The notes below the pieces were generated by a model that was not told the origin of the DNA, searched no databases, and saw nothing but the letters and a program-made list of their open reading frames with translations. From NCBI RefSeq assembly GCF_006345805.1, contig NC_043013.1:25730001-25794000 (forward strand): a stretch of DNA of 64,000 nt, given 5' to 3'. Positions 48,954-62,244 of this stretch are shown piece after piece. Every line of letters starts with the position of its first letter. Positions within the stretch are counted from its first letter, which is position 1. This stretch comes from Octopus sinensis (taxonomy: Eukaryota). A program made the translations under genes and the position numbers.

Positions 48954-49231
48954 CCTATTTTGTAATATTTCATTTGTATCGATTGGCAGAATCGTTAGAG
49001 CATCGGACAAAAGATCCTGCGGCGTTTCTTACCTTGCCTTACGCTCTGAGTTCAGTTCATGCCGGAGTCAACTTTGCCTTTCATCCTTCTGGAGCCGATA
49101 AAATGAAGTACCATACAAGCAGTCAACTACTGGTGTAGATATAGTTGACGATCCCATCATGCAATTTCTAGCCTTGTGCCTAAATTAGAAATTATATATA
49201 GATATAAGGTCAATTTTAAACACACACACAT

Positions 49232-49342
49232 ACGTATGTATGTATGTATGTATGTATGTATGTATGTATGTATGTATGTATGTATGTATGTATGTATGTA
49301 TGTATGTATGTATGTATGTATGTATGTATGTTTATGTATGTA
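49232..49342. repeat. (TATG)n tetranucleotide microsatellite
   Basis: Direct inspection. Confidence 0.95.
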
Positions 49343-49940
49343 TTAACGAATTTATATAACAGAATATCTGTTTATATAATATATGCTTTGTTTGAGAAAA
49401 TATGAGGACTCCGAAATATGTGCAAATTTCCTTCACTTCTTGTAGATGTCATTGCTATTACGCTTAAAAAAAATTTCTTCTGCCAGAAAGAAAAATTGAA
49501 CAAACGGTTTTTTTGTTGGAAGTGACCGACTTCAGAAAGCACCGTGCCATCAGAAGCAGATAAATAATCTCTAAACTCCTCATAAAGGACACTAACTACT
49601 AAAGAAACGACAATACAGCTGTCTGTTAATATGTTTACCACTGTCACAGAATTTAAGAAATGCATTTGAAGATCTGAAGATTGTTTTTGATTTACGTAAA
49701 CACGAATGACCAATGAATAGTGCTTTGCTGATAATTGAGTTCCTTCGCTCGGAAAAGAATTTTATGACAGTATAAGCGGGTATCAAACGTGTGTTGTAGA
49801 TTCAATTTCAAATCTTTCGGGGGTAGAATTCGCTTATCATCCTTCCTACTCCCCACCAACAACCCAAAATGGACCCATCCACAATGACCTATTCTTTATT
49901 TTGCAACTTAACTTTCATGATATTTTAATATTCTTTTCTA

Positions 49941-50329
49941 CTCTAGGCACAAAGCCCGAAATTTTTGGGGAGGGTCCAGTCGATTAGATCGACTCCAGTA
50001 TGCAACTGGTACTTAATTTATCGACCCCGAAAAGATGAAAGGCAAAGTCGACCTGGGCAGAATTTGAACTCAGAACGTAAAGACAGACGAAATACCTATT
50101 TCTTTACTACCCACAAGGGGCCAAACACAGAGAGGACAAACAAGGACAGACAAACGGATTAAGTCGATTACATCGACTCCAGTGCGTAACTGGTACTTAA
50201 TTTATCGACCCCAAAAGGATGAAAGGCAAAGTTGATCTCGGCGGAGTTTGAACTCAGAACGTAACGGCAGACGAAATACTGTTATGCATTTCGCCCGGCG
50301 CGCTAACGTTTCTGCCAGCTCGCCGCCTT
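49941..50329 (-). mobile_element. tRNA-derived SINE family A, dimeric form
   Basis: Reverse complement of the 62786-63209 arrangement with the same junction. Confidence 0.85.
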
Positions 50330-51262
50330 TGATAGTTTAATATCGAATCCATTATATCGTCCATACTCCTTCTTCTTAAAAAAGAACTTGGTATAGAACC
50401 AAACGAAGAGTTTTCAGCACAAGTTTCGCAGTGGTGTAGTAAGGGAACCTATCATGAAATGGAGTCACACACACACATTTGGTGGGCACACACATAACTT
50501 TATTAGCAGGCATAATCGGCCAGAAGAAATTCCGCATCTTTTCACACCAGCACCCAATCAGGAACTGCAAACGCACCACCTACCCCCAGTCTTGTTACAC
50601 TTCTACAGGCACAACTTTTACAAACCCGTGATTCCGGGTTCGGTACTATTGCACAGCATTCAGTAAATACCTTCTCTAATGGCTTTGGATTAACAAATAG
50701 CTTTCGAATGGAAATGCCCCGATGCAGTACTAGGCAGTGGCTCTCATGGCTTCTGATCGTAACTGACTGAAAGTGCTATCATGTACATGTTTTGTCTTGG
50801 TATAAAAGATGGGCTACAGCAAAAATCTGCTCAACACTACGGATTTGCTTGTCAGTTGCTTGACCTTAACCATTTGAGCATGTCCTTTGGTGGCTGACGG
50901 TATGTGCATCTCTGATCATGAGCAGGAGTAGTAGGAGAGCATCATATCGAGAGGGTCTCTTTGGGGGTTTGAATAATTCATCCTTGGAAGCCTGGGTGTT
51001 TCGTTCTACATCCTTAAACAACCCTTATTCAAGGACCTTTTGAGCAGATGACCTGCTCAACTTGAATAGAATTGTGACTACACCTCACCTGCAAGGTCAT
51101 GGGCTGTTTATCTTGATATGAAACTACCACGTTGCGCACATGTGGTTGTGATGCATATACCTGGTGTGCCCTTATGAGACGGGTAGTCATGTTGGGTATA
51201 CTCGGCTTCATATATTTTTTATCCAAGTGTCACTTTGATGGCATGCGCTGCTCTCTCACTCA

Positions 51263-51264
<2 letters not shown>

Positions 51265-51303
<39 letters not shown>

Positions 51304-51420
51304 TAATAATAATTTATTCTTTTATTAGGCACAAGGGCTCGCATAAAAAAAACATTAAAAGACATGCAACAACATAAAAGACAAAAACAGCACGACTGTC
51401 CTTGCAAAAATCTAATACAT
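51265..51420 (-). mobile_element. Short 3' stub of the L1/Tx1-like LINE with (ATT)n tail
   Basis: Minus strand GAGCCCTTGTGCCTAATAAAAGAA then (ATT)n, similar to the 3' ends at 20233 and 58110-58190. Confidence 0.5.
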
Positions 51421-51637
51421 TTTCAGAAACAAAGATTATGTCACAGTGAAGGTGTGGTATTTATAGAAGTAGCCAAGAATTTGTTTATACGAACACTGGC
51501 GCAGAAGGTTCAAGTCGGCGGCGAGAAAAACCCGAAAAAATTTTGCACAAAATTCCACGCAATATTTGTTCTGTATTGGTCACACTTACGATACATATAT
51601 CTTTGGTTGTCTTTTTATGCTAGTTTAAAACAATTCC

Positions 51638-51702
51638 ATAGAAGGAGGAGAAGAAGAAGAAGAAGAAGAAGAAGAAGAAGAAGAAGAAGAAGAAGAAGAA
51701 GA
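51638..51702. repeat. (AGA)n trinucleotide microsatellite; (TAA)n at about 51265-51312 and 54670-54740; (CAT)n at about 62195-62272
   Basis: Direct inspection. Confidence 0.95.
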
Positions 51703-51862
51703 TACAATGTCTGCTTCTTTTTATGTTACGAAATATATTATCATTTAAATCACGTTCGTTTATTGTTTATGAACGTATATGAAATCTAATCCTTGATAAA
51801 CTTGTATATCAATTTACTATGTCATACAGCTTGTTGCTTCACTGAAACATCTCTCTTATATT

Positions 51863-51913
<51 letters not shown>

Positions 51914-54669
51914 TGTCCCACTCTCCTTCTACTCTCTTTCTCGCCTCCTCTCTCTCTGTGCTTACAGCAATTAACTTTCCAAGTAAGGCTACCGAATTAA
52001 TTTGAATATATCTTTCAATCCAATACATGTAGTAGAAGCGGGATAAAATTCTTTATACTAACGACAGAAGACCTGAAATTTGGTGTGTCGGGGTGGAGAG
52101 ATTACATGAACACCCGTTCTTAGCTAGAACTTGTTTGATCGACTCTGAAAGATTGAATGAAAGGCAAAGTCGATCTCAGCGAAAATTGAACTCAGAAAGT
52201 AAAGCCGGAAGAAATGCCACTAAGCATTTTATCCGGCGTGCTATCGATTCTGCTAACTCGCTGCTTTAGAAAAAGTATAAAACTTTAAGAGGTATCGTTG
52301 GAAATACGTCGTTGAAAACGTTTATTTACTGTGATATTTATTCAGAAATGAAGTCCTTTATGGACGTGCCTGTTTTAAAAACTACACACACACACACACG
52401 CGCGCGCACACACACACACGCACACACACACACACACAAACTCATACACATAAGAAAGACGAAACACAAAAATCCTCAGTAGCTGCGCGTGAGAATGCCA
52501 GTGGCATTTCGACCTCGTTAGGCCTCGTCAATGGCATATAATCCCAATCAACCACATGCTTAGACGAGATTTGTCACTTCTGATATATAAACAATAAAAC
52601 AAAACATTCACAGGTATCGCAAATAGCCATCCTGTGAATAAAAATCCATTATATATAATAGAAGCAGCGTTAGATTAAAGGTGTTGTCTTCGGACGAACT
52701 CTGCAGTAAATTTGCCTTTCAACGATGTATTTAATTAAGTAAGATACGTAGATGGCTTTTATAGCTTTCAATATTTCAACCGCAGCATGTTTTACAAAAT
52801 GCCCTGAACTCGGATTAAAAAGAAATGCAACTGCACGCTACAAGGATGCTTAGTTTCGTTGTTTCTCCATTCGGAACTCAAATCCCGATTGTGCGTTTTT
52901 CACTCTTCCGGAATCAAAACAAAAGTCGATTGAGGATCGCTTTACTTGGCTTCTCTCTACTTCTTTTTCCCAATTTGTGAATTTGCGCAAACGTTATTAT
53001 CGAATGTACCGTCGAAGTAAATGCTTTGTAACTTTCTTCTCATTTTCCTCAACTTACTGAACGGAACTTTAGATGTTTTGGTCAAAAATATTTCAAATTC
53101 AAAGTTACTGTGCAACAATCAAACTTTTGTAACGAACAGCTTCCTAGACTCTGAGCCAAGATTCGAAATCTAAGCCTAGATTTTTCTCCGAGTCTTTTCC
53201 TGTTATTCTCAGCTTTTGCACTAGGAAATTTACGAGTGTCAATTGTTAACCTGTAACCTTTCGAGTGAAACTTAGATCAAGGTTGATAGAAAACGGAAGA
53301 TCCTTTGTTCAGCCTGACCTAACTTAGAAAAAATATGAATACGGAACCCAAAATCCATTCTACCGATTTCACTTAACCCCTTGTCAGAAAGGCACATCTG
53401 TCTGTTTCTCAATGCATGTATGGCTTCTTTTCGCGCGACTACACAACTTTCATCCTTTCTGTTGGCTAACACAGACAGGTAGATTATTTTACTCTTTCTC
53501 TCTCGCATTTTCCATCCGTTCTCCTAGCAGTCAAAAAGAAAAAAAAGTGAACTTAACTACCTACAGAATGGATGGCAGAATGGGCAAATAATCTGTGCGT
53601 GATAACAACTCGAAGTTGTACCTTACATTGTAACGATAGAATAAAAAAGCCACATCAACTAATATTTTTCTTCCTCTTCATTTATTTACTACACACAAAT
53701 CGTTACAATTTTGGTGACTTTCCGACTCAAGAACTACTTGTCTTCTCTACGAAATACCGCATAAATCGTTACACTTTCATGCAGCTTAACTAACAAACGT
53801 TTCGAATAAAAAATGCTTTCGTGAATTTTATTAAACGATATAATAAACAGCAAACATAAGTCGGCGATGGTTCAACATATATTTTCCTGATATACTTTGC
53901 CTTTCATTCCTCCAGGGGTCGATAAAATAAGCATTAGTTAATTATTAACTACTGATATGACAGACTGTTCTCTTCCGCCTCCTAAATGTGTGGCTTTGAG
54001 CCAATGCGATGAATCAATATTTGTTTACGCCGCCCCTTACGTTCTTATGAAAATATTGCTTTTTATTCTTTTGAGTTCGATAATTTAAGTAGAACAAGTT
54101 ATACACTGATGTAGATTTGCTCGGCACCCATCCCCTTCAGAGAGGTGGCCATTTGCTAAAATTTATTTATTCATTTTTTTATATAACACTTTGTAAATAT
54201 TAGCGTCGTTGGTTTTTAGGTTTCCAGCAGACCAATCACTGTTGCACTGTGGTTCTTACAACGAAAGTTAATACAAGGTTTCTCTATCTTTTTTTTAGAC
54301 GACACACAAACACACATTATACGATATGCTTTCATATAGTTTCCGTTAGCGAAATTCCACTCCCAAAGCAAAGGTTAACCCAAGCCTACAGCAAAAGGCT
54401 CTTATCCACGGTATCACAGAGAAGCATCACGGGTAAATGTCTTCAACTGCGTGCAAAGTGAAGTTCTTAATCATACAACCACCATTACAATCATTGATTA
54501 CAAACCAATGCTCCACGTCTTTAGTGGCGAGAACTGTGGACCACACAGCTTAACTCCTGGTTGGAAGCCCCTCTCATTTGCTCAATTTATGCTATAGAAT
54601 AGTATATAAGCAACATGGCTTAAGTTTGTCATAACGCCAACTTAAAAAAAAAGACGAGTTACTTTATTT

Positions 54670-54742
<73 letters not shown>

Positions 54743-55661
54743 GTGGTCTCAAATTTCGGTACAAGGTGAGCAATTTCGAAGGAGGAGGTAAATCGATTAT
54801 ATCAACTTCAGTGTTCAGCTGGTAGTCATTTTATCGACCCCGAAAGGATGGAAGCCAAAGTCGACCTCGGCGGAATTTGAGTAGGGTCAGCAAGTTCGGG
54901 AGAGGGCCAGCACGTCCGGGGGACGGCCAGAAAGTTCAGGGGAGGGTTCAACTGGTAATTTTAATGACTCCGAAAGGATGAAAGGCAATTTGAACCTGGA
55001 ACGTAAAGACGGACGAAATGCTGCTAAGTATTTCGTCCGTCGTTGGCCGTTTCAATATCAAATTGCCATTTCCTTATGATTTGGAGAAATATTTGAACTG
55101 ATTGAATAGGCGGTAGAGCATCAAACAAATTATCTTGTATCTTGGTATTCACTATTTCTTTCTGACCCCTAATCATACTGGGGTTAACTTTGACTTTCGG
55201 TCTTCTGGGGTCGATGAAATAAAGTACCAGCCGAGTACTGGAGTCAGTTTACATTCCTATGATGTATTCTAGATTTAACTGAAATTGTAATAAACATCAT
55301 AAAAGACTGAACATATATCCTAATTAAAACTAGCATCTATGCACAACTCTGCCAGTAAATATTCACTGGCATTTGCGTTCAGTGACGTGACGTGGAATAT
55401 TAATGAAGCCTCACAGATAAATAAATAAATAAATAAATAAATGACTGTGTGTATATGTGTGTGTTTCAAAACAACCCGATCTCGTTTCCCAAAGCACACT
55501 TTAAGAATTAAGTTTTTATCTAAAGCCATGATAGTGTCTGTAACGAAGACAAAAACATTTAAATAATTTGTACACAACAATATTACATAATCCTTTCCCA
55601 GTCACTGGAAAAAGGCTGTTTTCTGGTACATATATTTTGTCTCTTGCCGAAACGCTAGGTC

Positions 55662-55692
<31 letters not shown>

Positions 55693-55819
55693 AACACACA
55701 CACACACTCACACACACACACACGACAGGCTTCTTTCAGTTTCCACCTACAATATCCGCTCACAAGGCTTTGGTCGGGTCCGAGGCTATAGTTGAAGAAA
55801 CTTACCCAAGCTGCCACGC

Positions 55820-57110
55820 ATATGCAGACGACGTCACCGTAATGGTGGTAGGCACCAAACGCTCTGAGGGATTACGAAGCGGTGACAGGAACAAAAACTG
55901 ACCTGGAGAAGTCGGTAGAGCTCCGCATCCGGGGAAGCAGGTCCATGCTATCCGACAGAGTCGTGGGGCACTGGACGGACGTACCAGTTAAATTGCTCGA
56001 ATTTTGTCTTGGTCCAGTCCTCTGAGTTGGCATGAACTGGAGCGAGGTGGCGGGCAGGGTTGCCGATCTCATGACTGCGCATTCATTATCCAGAACATAC
56101 CCAGTCCTCCACCCAGCTGAGCTGAGAGGAAGTTATCTCTGCTGCGGGCGAGTAGAAGTAGCTTATGCCTACTCTGCATCCATCATCTACGACCGCTTAA
56201 CTGTCGAATGGCTGACCAGCCAGAGACGCTTGCTCTTCCACTTTCTGTGGAAGGAGCGTGTTCTAATAGTCAGTGGGTCTACTTGCTCTCAGCATCTACA
56301 TGGTAAAGTGGACATTAAGATGATGGTGATGATCAATAAAAGTACTTTAGACAGGGCATGTCGTGGCTAATGATGCTCACGCATGCGCTGAGGCTGCGAC
56401 ATTTCTTGCGCTTCCTCGACAGTGAACAGGCGTGGTAGCTGTTTGTTAGACCCACTTCTCTGCAACTTGTTTCTTTGACAGAGCTGCAGTACTACACCAA
56501 GTATAGACCGAGGCATAGTGTCTGGCACCTAGAGTGTCGCCAGGTGTCCATAGCCTCTGTCAGTCGGGCATTGCGGTCGCTGGAAGGTCTACCACGGCGT
56601 TCTATAGGGAATTATGGGTGAGCAACAGCGACGATGACCTCAGGTGGTGGGGTCAGGTGACGACGTCAGGTGATGGAGTGCTGGCTTCGACGAGAAACAA
56701 CTGGCCTGTCTGGTACAGAGGACTTTCGATCCAGGATTTATGGATAATTTCCAGAAATTTCTGGCTTGGTAGTAATACCGAAGGGTATTGCCGGTTTGAG
56801 ATAAACTCTACAGGTTTGGTAGTGCCGTTAACCAGACCTGATCGAGATGCAACTAGAGCGACGGAACTGTCCTACCCACGCTCGTACTGTGCTCCAGTAT
56901 TGCTGATTTTTGGAGTCACACAGCGAACAACTGGGACGGAACCAGCTATCAGCTAATTCCATTGTGAAGATCATCCTACCGCTTTCTCCTCCCGGGAAGG
57001 GAAAACAGTTTTCCTCTGCCCAGTGATTATAGCGAAAGAGGTGATGTGGTGGACGAGGCAAATTATTCTGAAGACAGACACTTTCCTCATTGATTTCTTT
57101 AGGTTCCATT
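55820..57110 (+). mobile_element. L1/Tx1-like LINE copy A (RT YADD motif to ORF2 C-terminus, 3' end missing)
   Basis: YADDVTVMV at about 55820-55850, NWSEVAGRVADL..AERKLSL, FLW, and a C-terminal region similar to copy B; multiple disruptions. Confidence 0.75.
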
Positions 57111-58139
57111 GAAGAGATACTTATTCGTCTGCTTTCTGTGGACGGGACTGGTTTCGTTTGTCAGACGATCCATTTGTTGTCAGCAGCAGCTGGGTGGAGG
57201 ACTGGGTATGTTCTGGATAATGAATGCGCAGTCATGAGCTGAGGCTACGACACCTCCAGCGTTTGCTTAACAGTGAGCAATTGTCGTCGCCATTTGCCCG
57301 TGACTTTCTGTAGCTCCTCTTATTGAAGGAGCGGCTGTCCTGGATTAAACGTAGACCGAGAAAGGGTGATTAGTAGCAATCAAGAGCAACGACGCCCTCG
57401 GGAAAACTCTGGGCGTCGGTAGAAATCAGCTGATCTGTACAGAGGATTTTCAGGCCGGGGTCTATGGATAATTACCAAAAATCCCTGGCCTGGCAATGTT
57501 AGAGGAGAGCGCTGCCAGTTCGAGACAATCACAACAGGCACGGAAGTGCTGACGGACCTGTCCGAGTTGTGTGCCGAGCGATGAAACCGTTCTGCATGCA
57601 CTCGTCCAGTGTCCAGGCATTACTGACTTGAGGAGCTTTGTTGGACAGCTGTTGTTGCGTGTAGGTTGAATCCGGTTACTAGCCGAGTCCAACGGGAGGA
57701 TCACCCCGCTGCCTTCTTTTGGCCAGGAAGGGAAGGCAGTTTTCCTCTGCCTGATGCTCATAGTGAAAGAGGTAGTGTAGTGGACGAGGTTGAAAGGACT
57801 GAAGACAAATATTTTCTTCATTGGTCAAGCCATCATCGACTTTTTCGGGTGAATGTGACGAGGACAGCCTACTCTGTGCTTGCACCTGTAGGCTGGAGGG
57901 AATAGAAAGGAGAGAGGTGCTTGTCTAAGGCGCCCTTGGCTGTCGGGAGAGAGGGCCTAGGATGTGTGGGGTTCTTTGGTTGGCTCTGGGTGGAGCTTTC
58001 ACTCTTGGGAGAATTTTATTGCTTGAATTTTTTTTTATTGTAGTTATTGTTCTTTTACTGTTTAAACGCAGTCCTCACCGTCCTTTGTCTCGTAACGTCT
58101 TTTATTTTGAGAGCGGCCCTTGCGTCCAATAAAGAAAAG

Positions 58140-58190
<51 letters not shown>
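57111..58190 (+). mobile_element. L1/Tx1-like LINE copy B (5'-truncated, 3'UTR and (ATT)n tail)
   Basis: FLW...GGGLGM, TCPSCVPSDETVLHALVQCP (C-terminal Zn-binding motif), AATAAAGAAAAG then (ATT)n at about 58140-58190. Confidence 0.75.
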
Positions 58191-58299
58191 GTAGACGAGA
58201 AGCTTCATTATAGATACGCACTCTTTCTCCTGTTTGTATAAATTATCCGATATATATATATATACATATATATAATATATATATATATATACACACACT

Positions 58300-58360
<61 letters not shown>

Positions 58361-59835
58361 GGATATATACACACATATGCACGATATATAAGTATATGTG
58401 TATGTAGCTATGAATATATGTGTGTACGTAAGTATGTATGTAATGTATGCCTGCATGTATGCATGTATGTATGTGTATATATATAAATATATTGTATCAT
58501 ATTACATGATATTATATTATATTGTATCATATATTATATTTATGTATGTGTAAGAAAGAAATGAGAAACACGAAGGACGGAGTGAGAGGGAGCAAGAGAA
58601 ATCTAAAAATATCCATCAGCAAATCTGGTTGCTAATATTAGCGCCAAGCTGTTGCAGACGATCTGGACACGCTGTCAAGATTTTGCGCAGTTTTAATCTT
58701 GACAGCACTTTTAGTACTACGGTGTTTGCTTGTATTATGTTCTATTTATGAAGAGTCTACGTCATAGCTACCAGGTGTGATGCTGTAGTAAAGAGCATTC
58801 AATCTGTTTACTTGCATAGATTCAAGCCACATGTCAAGCCTGCAACTTCAAAGGAGCAGGCGAAGGTGAAGTTGAGGAGAGAGTGAAAGTATAAAGGTAG
58901 TTAAGACGTGGTTTGGAACAATCGCTAGAGCGTCCGATACGATGCATTGCGGCATTCGCTCTGAAACTCAGCGTTCTGAGTTCAAAATCCTACCGAGGTC
59001 ACCATTACCCTTTATCCTTTCGGGGTCGATAAAAAAAAATGTACCAATCCATAGCGATGTACTAGCGGAACTTAGCGGACCTTTTTCGAGAAGCGGGACG
59101 CATGGAACATGATTCTGTTATTAGGCACTACTAAGAAAACTAAAAGTAATTTTTCGTCAGGTGTGCCATTCAGACAGTCCCGCGGGCTGCAGTTTTCCCA
59201 TGACTGTGTTAGAGGGTCAAACAGGATTGTTTTGGATTATCTGTTTTGGCTCTCTGCGATATGATGACAACAATTGCTGTGGGGGGCACTAGCACCAAGC
59301 TTTGTAGAGTTGTGATTCCCTTGAAAAATATAAGAGATTTGCATGCATGGGCAACATGTAGCCTTGCGCTAAACTCTTGCCCTGACCTGCACTTGATACA
59401 ACTGTAAAAAAGAAATCCCTCAAAACCTGGCGCTCCATCGGTTACGACAACGAGGGTTGCAGTTGATCCGATCAATGGAACAGCTTGCTCGTGAAATTAA
59501 CGTGCAAATGGCTGAGTACTCCACAGACTCGAGTACCCTTACCGTAGTTCTCAGAGAGATTCAGTGTGATACAGAATGTGACAAAGCTGGTCCCCGTTTG
59601 AATCACTGATACAACTAATTTTTGCCAGCTGAGTGGAACGGAGCAACGTGAAATAAAGTGTTTTGCTCACGGACACAATGTGCCACTTGGAATCGAACAC
59701 ATGAGCTTACGATCGTGAGCCAAATACTCTAACCATTTAACCACGCGCCTTCACTAAATACAACAAGATACAGGAGTAAATACAGCAAGGTACAGGAGTA
59801 AATACAAGGTACAGGAGTATATACAGCGATATACA

Positions 59836-60538
59836 AAAGTTCATGCCTTAAAATACTATGTGAATCTTCAAACCCCAAGTTTTTCCACTCCAAGACTCTA
59901 GAAAAAAAACCCGTCCTAGGTTTACTTTTCATGTAACCCTCAAAAAATCCTCCCCCCATCGGTCGTGAGCTGTACCTTGCTGTATTTACCCCTGTACCTC
60001 GATGTATATACTCATGTACCTTGCTGTATTTACTCCTGTACCTTGTATTTACTCTGGTACCTCGCTGTATATACTCCTGTACCTTACTGTATTTACTCCT
60101 GTACTTCGCTTTATATACTCCTGTACCTTATTGTATTTACAAGTTACAGGAGTAAATACAATAAGGTACAGGAGTATATAAAGCGAAGTACAAGAGTAAA
60201 TACAGTAAGGTACAGGAGTATATACAGCGAGGTACCAGAGTAAATACAAGGTACAGGAGTAAATACAGCAAGGTACATGAGTATATACATCGAGGTACCG
60301 GAGTAAATACAAGGTACAGGAGTAAATACAGCAAGGTACATGAGTATATACAGCGAGGTACAGGGGTAAATACCGCAAGGTACAGCTGCAGATATATGAT
60401 CAAAACCACGACCGATGGAGGAGGATTTTTTGAGGGTTACATGAAAAGTAAACCTAGGATGGGTTTTTTTTTCTAGAGTCTTGGAGTGGAAAAACTTGGG
60501 GTTTGAAGATTCACATGATATTTTAAGGCATGAACTTT
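59836..60538. repeat. Large fold-back palindrome: 130-bp unique outer arms plus mirrored 19-22-bp minisatellite inner arms, 11-bp centre
   Basis: 59836-59967 is the reverse complement of 60407-60538; 59968-60140 mirrors 60152-60387 unit by unit. Confidence 0.9.
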
Positions 60539-60928
60539 GACATTCCTTCTTTTTCTTAGCAAATCCGGAATCTATTCTTTTCGATTACAGCTATTATCTT
60601 TTATATCTTATCTTTTTCTTGTTTCAGTAATTGGACTGCGGCCACGCTGGAGCACCACTTTGAAGGGTGTTTTTTTTTCAGTCAAACAGATCGCTCCCCC
60701 CCCACCCCCAAAGGACTTATTTTTTTATGTCAGCAACTTATGTTCTTTTGCTGAACCGCTAAGTAGTGGGTACGTAAACAAGCGAGTACCGGTTGTCAAA
60801 CGGTGTGGGTGTGGGTGGGGCAGGTACAAAGACGCGCGTGCGCACACACACACTCACACACACACACATATATATACATATACGACGGGCTTCCACACAA
60901 TTTCCGTCTACAATACTCATTCACAAGG

Positions 60929-61095
60929 CACTACTGTAGCTAGAGTGTGTGCCGTCCGGGGCTGCCATTCCATTTGCCGCTCCCAGACCCCATGAAAAAT
61001 ACATATTACCTACAGCAGACCCAGAAGTGGTGCCCCTTTAAAAGTGCCGCCCGGGGCGGACCGCTCCTACCGCCACCCACCTAGCTACGCTAGTG
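60929..61095. mobile_element. 167-bp MITE (hAT/P-type, 8-bp TSD) inserted in a SINE
   Basis: TIRs CACTACTGTAGCTAG / CTAGCTACGCTAGTG; perfect TSD TCACAAGG at 60921-60928 and 61096-61103. Confidence 0.8.
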
Positions 61096-61764
61096 TCACA
61101 AGGTAGAGGTCGGGCAAGGGCTTTAGCGGAAGTCACTTGATCAAGGTGCGGTGCAATGGTATTGAACCCGATAGCATATAGTTGCAAAGCGAGTTTCTTA
61201 ATTACTAAGTTTTAACATGTTGAGTGTTATTGTTAACATGCTTAATGCAAGGAACATAAAAAAAAAACTAACTAGAAATAAAATAAAATGAATAAATACA
61301 TAAATAAATAAAGTTGTGTACAGTTCGTGTACAGTGTACAAAACAAAACAGGCTCTCCGTAAGTTACGACGAAGAGTACTCCTGTTGATTTGAGCAACAG
61401 AACAGCCTGCTCGTGAAGTTAACGTACAAGTGGCTAAGTACTCCACAGATACGCGGACAGTTAACGTAGTTCTGAAGGTAATTTAGTGTGACACAGAATG
61501 TGACAAGGCTGGTCCCTTTGAATTACTAGTACTACTCATTTTTGCCAACTGATTGAACTGGGGCAACGTGAAATAAAGTATCTTGGTCAAGGACAAAACG
61601 GAGGCCGGGTATCGAACTCATGACTTAACGATCGTGAGCCGAACACTCTAACCACTAAGCCACGCGCTTTCACGGTTCGTATATACTCGGATGTGAAAAG
61701 ACCTTCGTTACAGAATCTTTCTCGGAGAAGAGAGTCTTTTTATGGACAATGTATATTGCATGAA

Positions 61765-61998
61765 AGTCGACGGATTTCTTTACTACCCACAAGGGGCTAA
61801 ACACAGAGAGGACAAACAAGGACAGACAAACGGATTAAGTCGATTACAGCAACCCCTGTGTGTAACTGGTACTTAATTTATCGACCCCGAAAGGATGAAA
61901 GGTGAAGTCGACCTCGGCGGAATTTGAACTCAGAACGGAACGGCAGACGAAATACGGCTACGCATTTCGCCCGGCGTGCTAACGTTTCTGCCAGCTCG
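61765..61998 (-). mobile_element. tRNA-derived SINE family A, monomer (another at about 21300-21535, minus)
   Basis: Same box A/B and core in reverse orientation. Confidence 0.85.
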
Positions 61999-62212
61999 AC
62001 GAATTTAGTATCTGCTTCTGGTGAAAGCCCAAAACACGGAATGACGTGTGCTACAACCCGATGATGTCATTCATATCTCATCTTGGCATGTTGTCACGCA
62101 CATTTGTTTCTAAGGAGAATTTCTCTTCCGACGCAGTTTTCGCAGCCAAGGTCATTTCACATTCGACTGTACACAAACATGTTAAATATAACCGTCATCA
62201 TCGTCGTCGTCG

Positions 62213-62244
<32 letters not shown>

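Noticed and set aside
52250-53850. CpG-richer unique region that could be the promoter or first exon of another gene
   Set aside because: No supportable ORF, splice pattern or specific motif arrangement.
59965-60409. Overlapping repetitive ORFs on both strands and a CRISPR-like appearance
   Set aside because: Minisatellite units without unique spacers in a eukaryotic context; the ORFs arise from stop-poor repeats in a palindrome.
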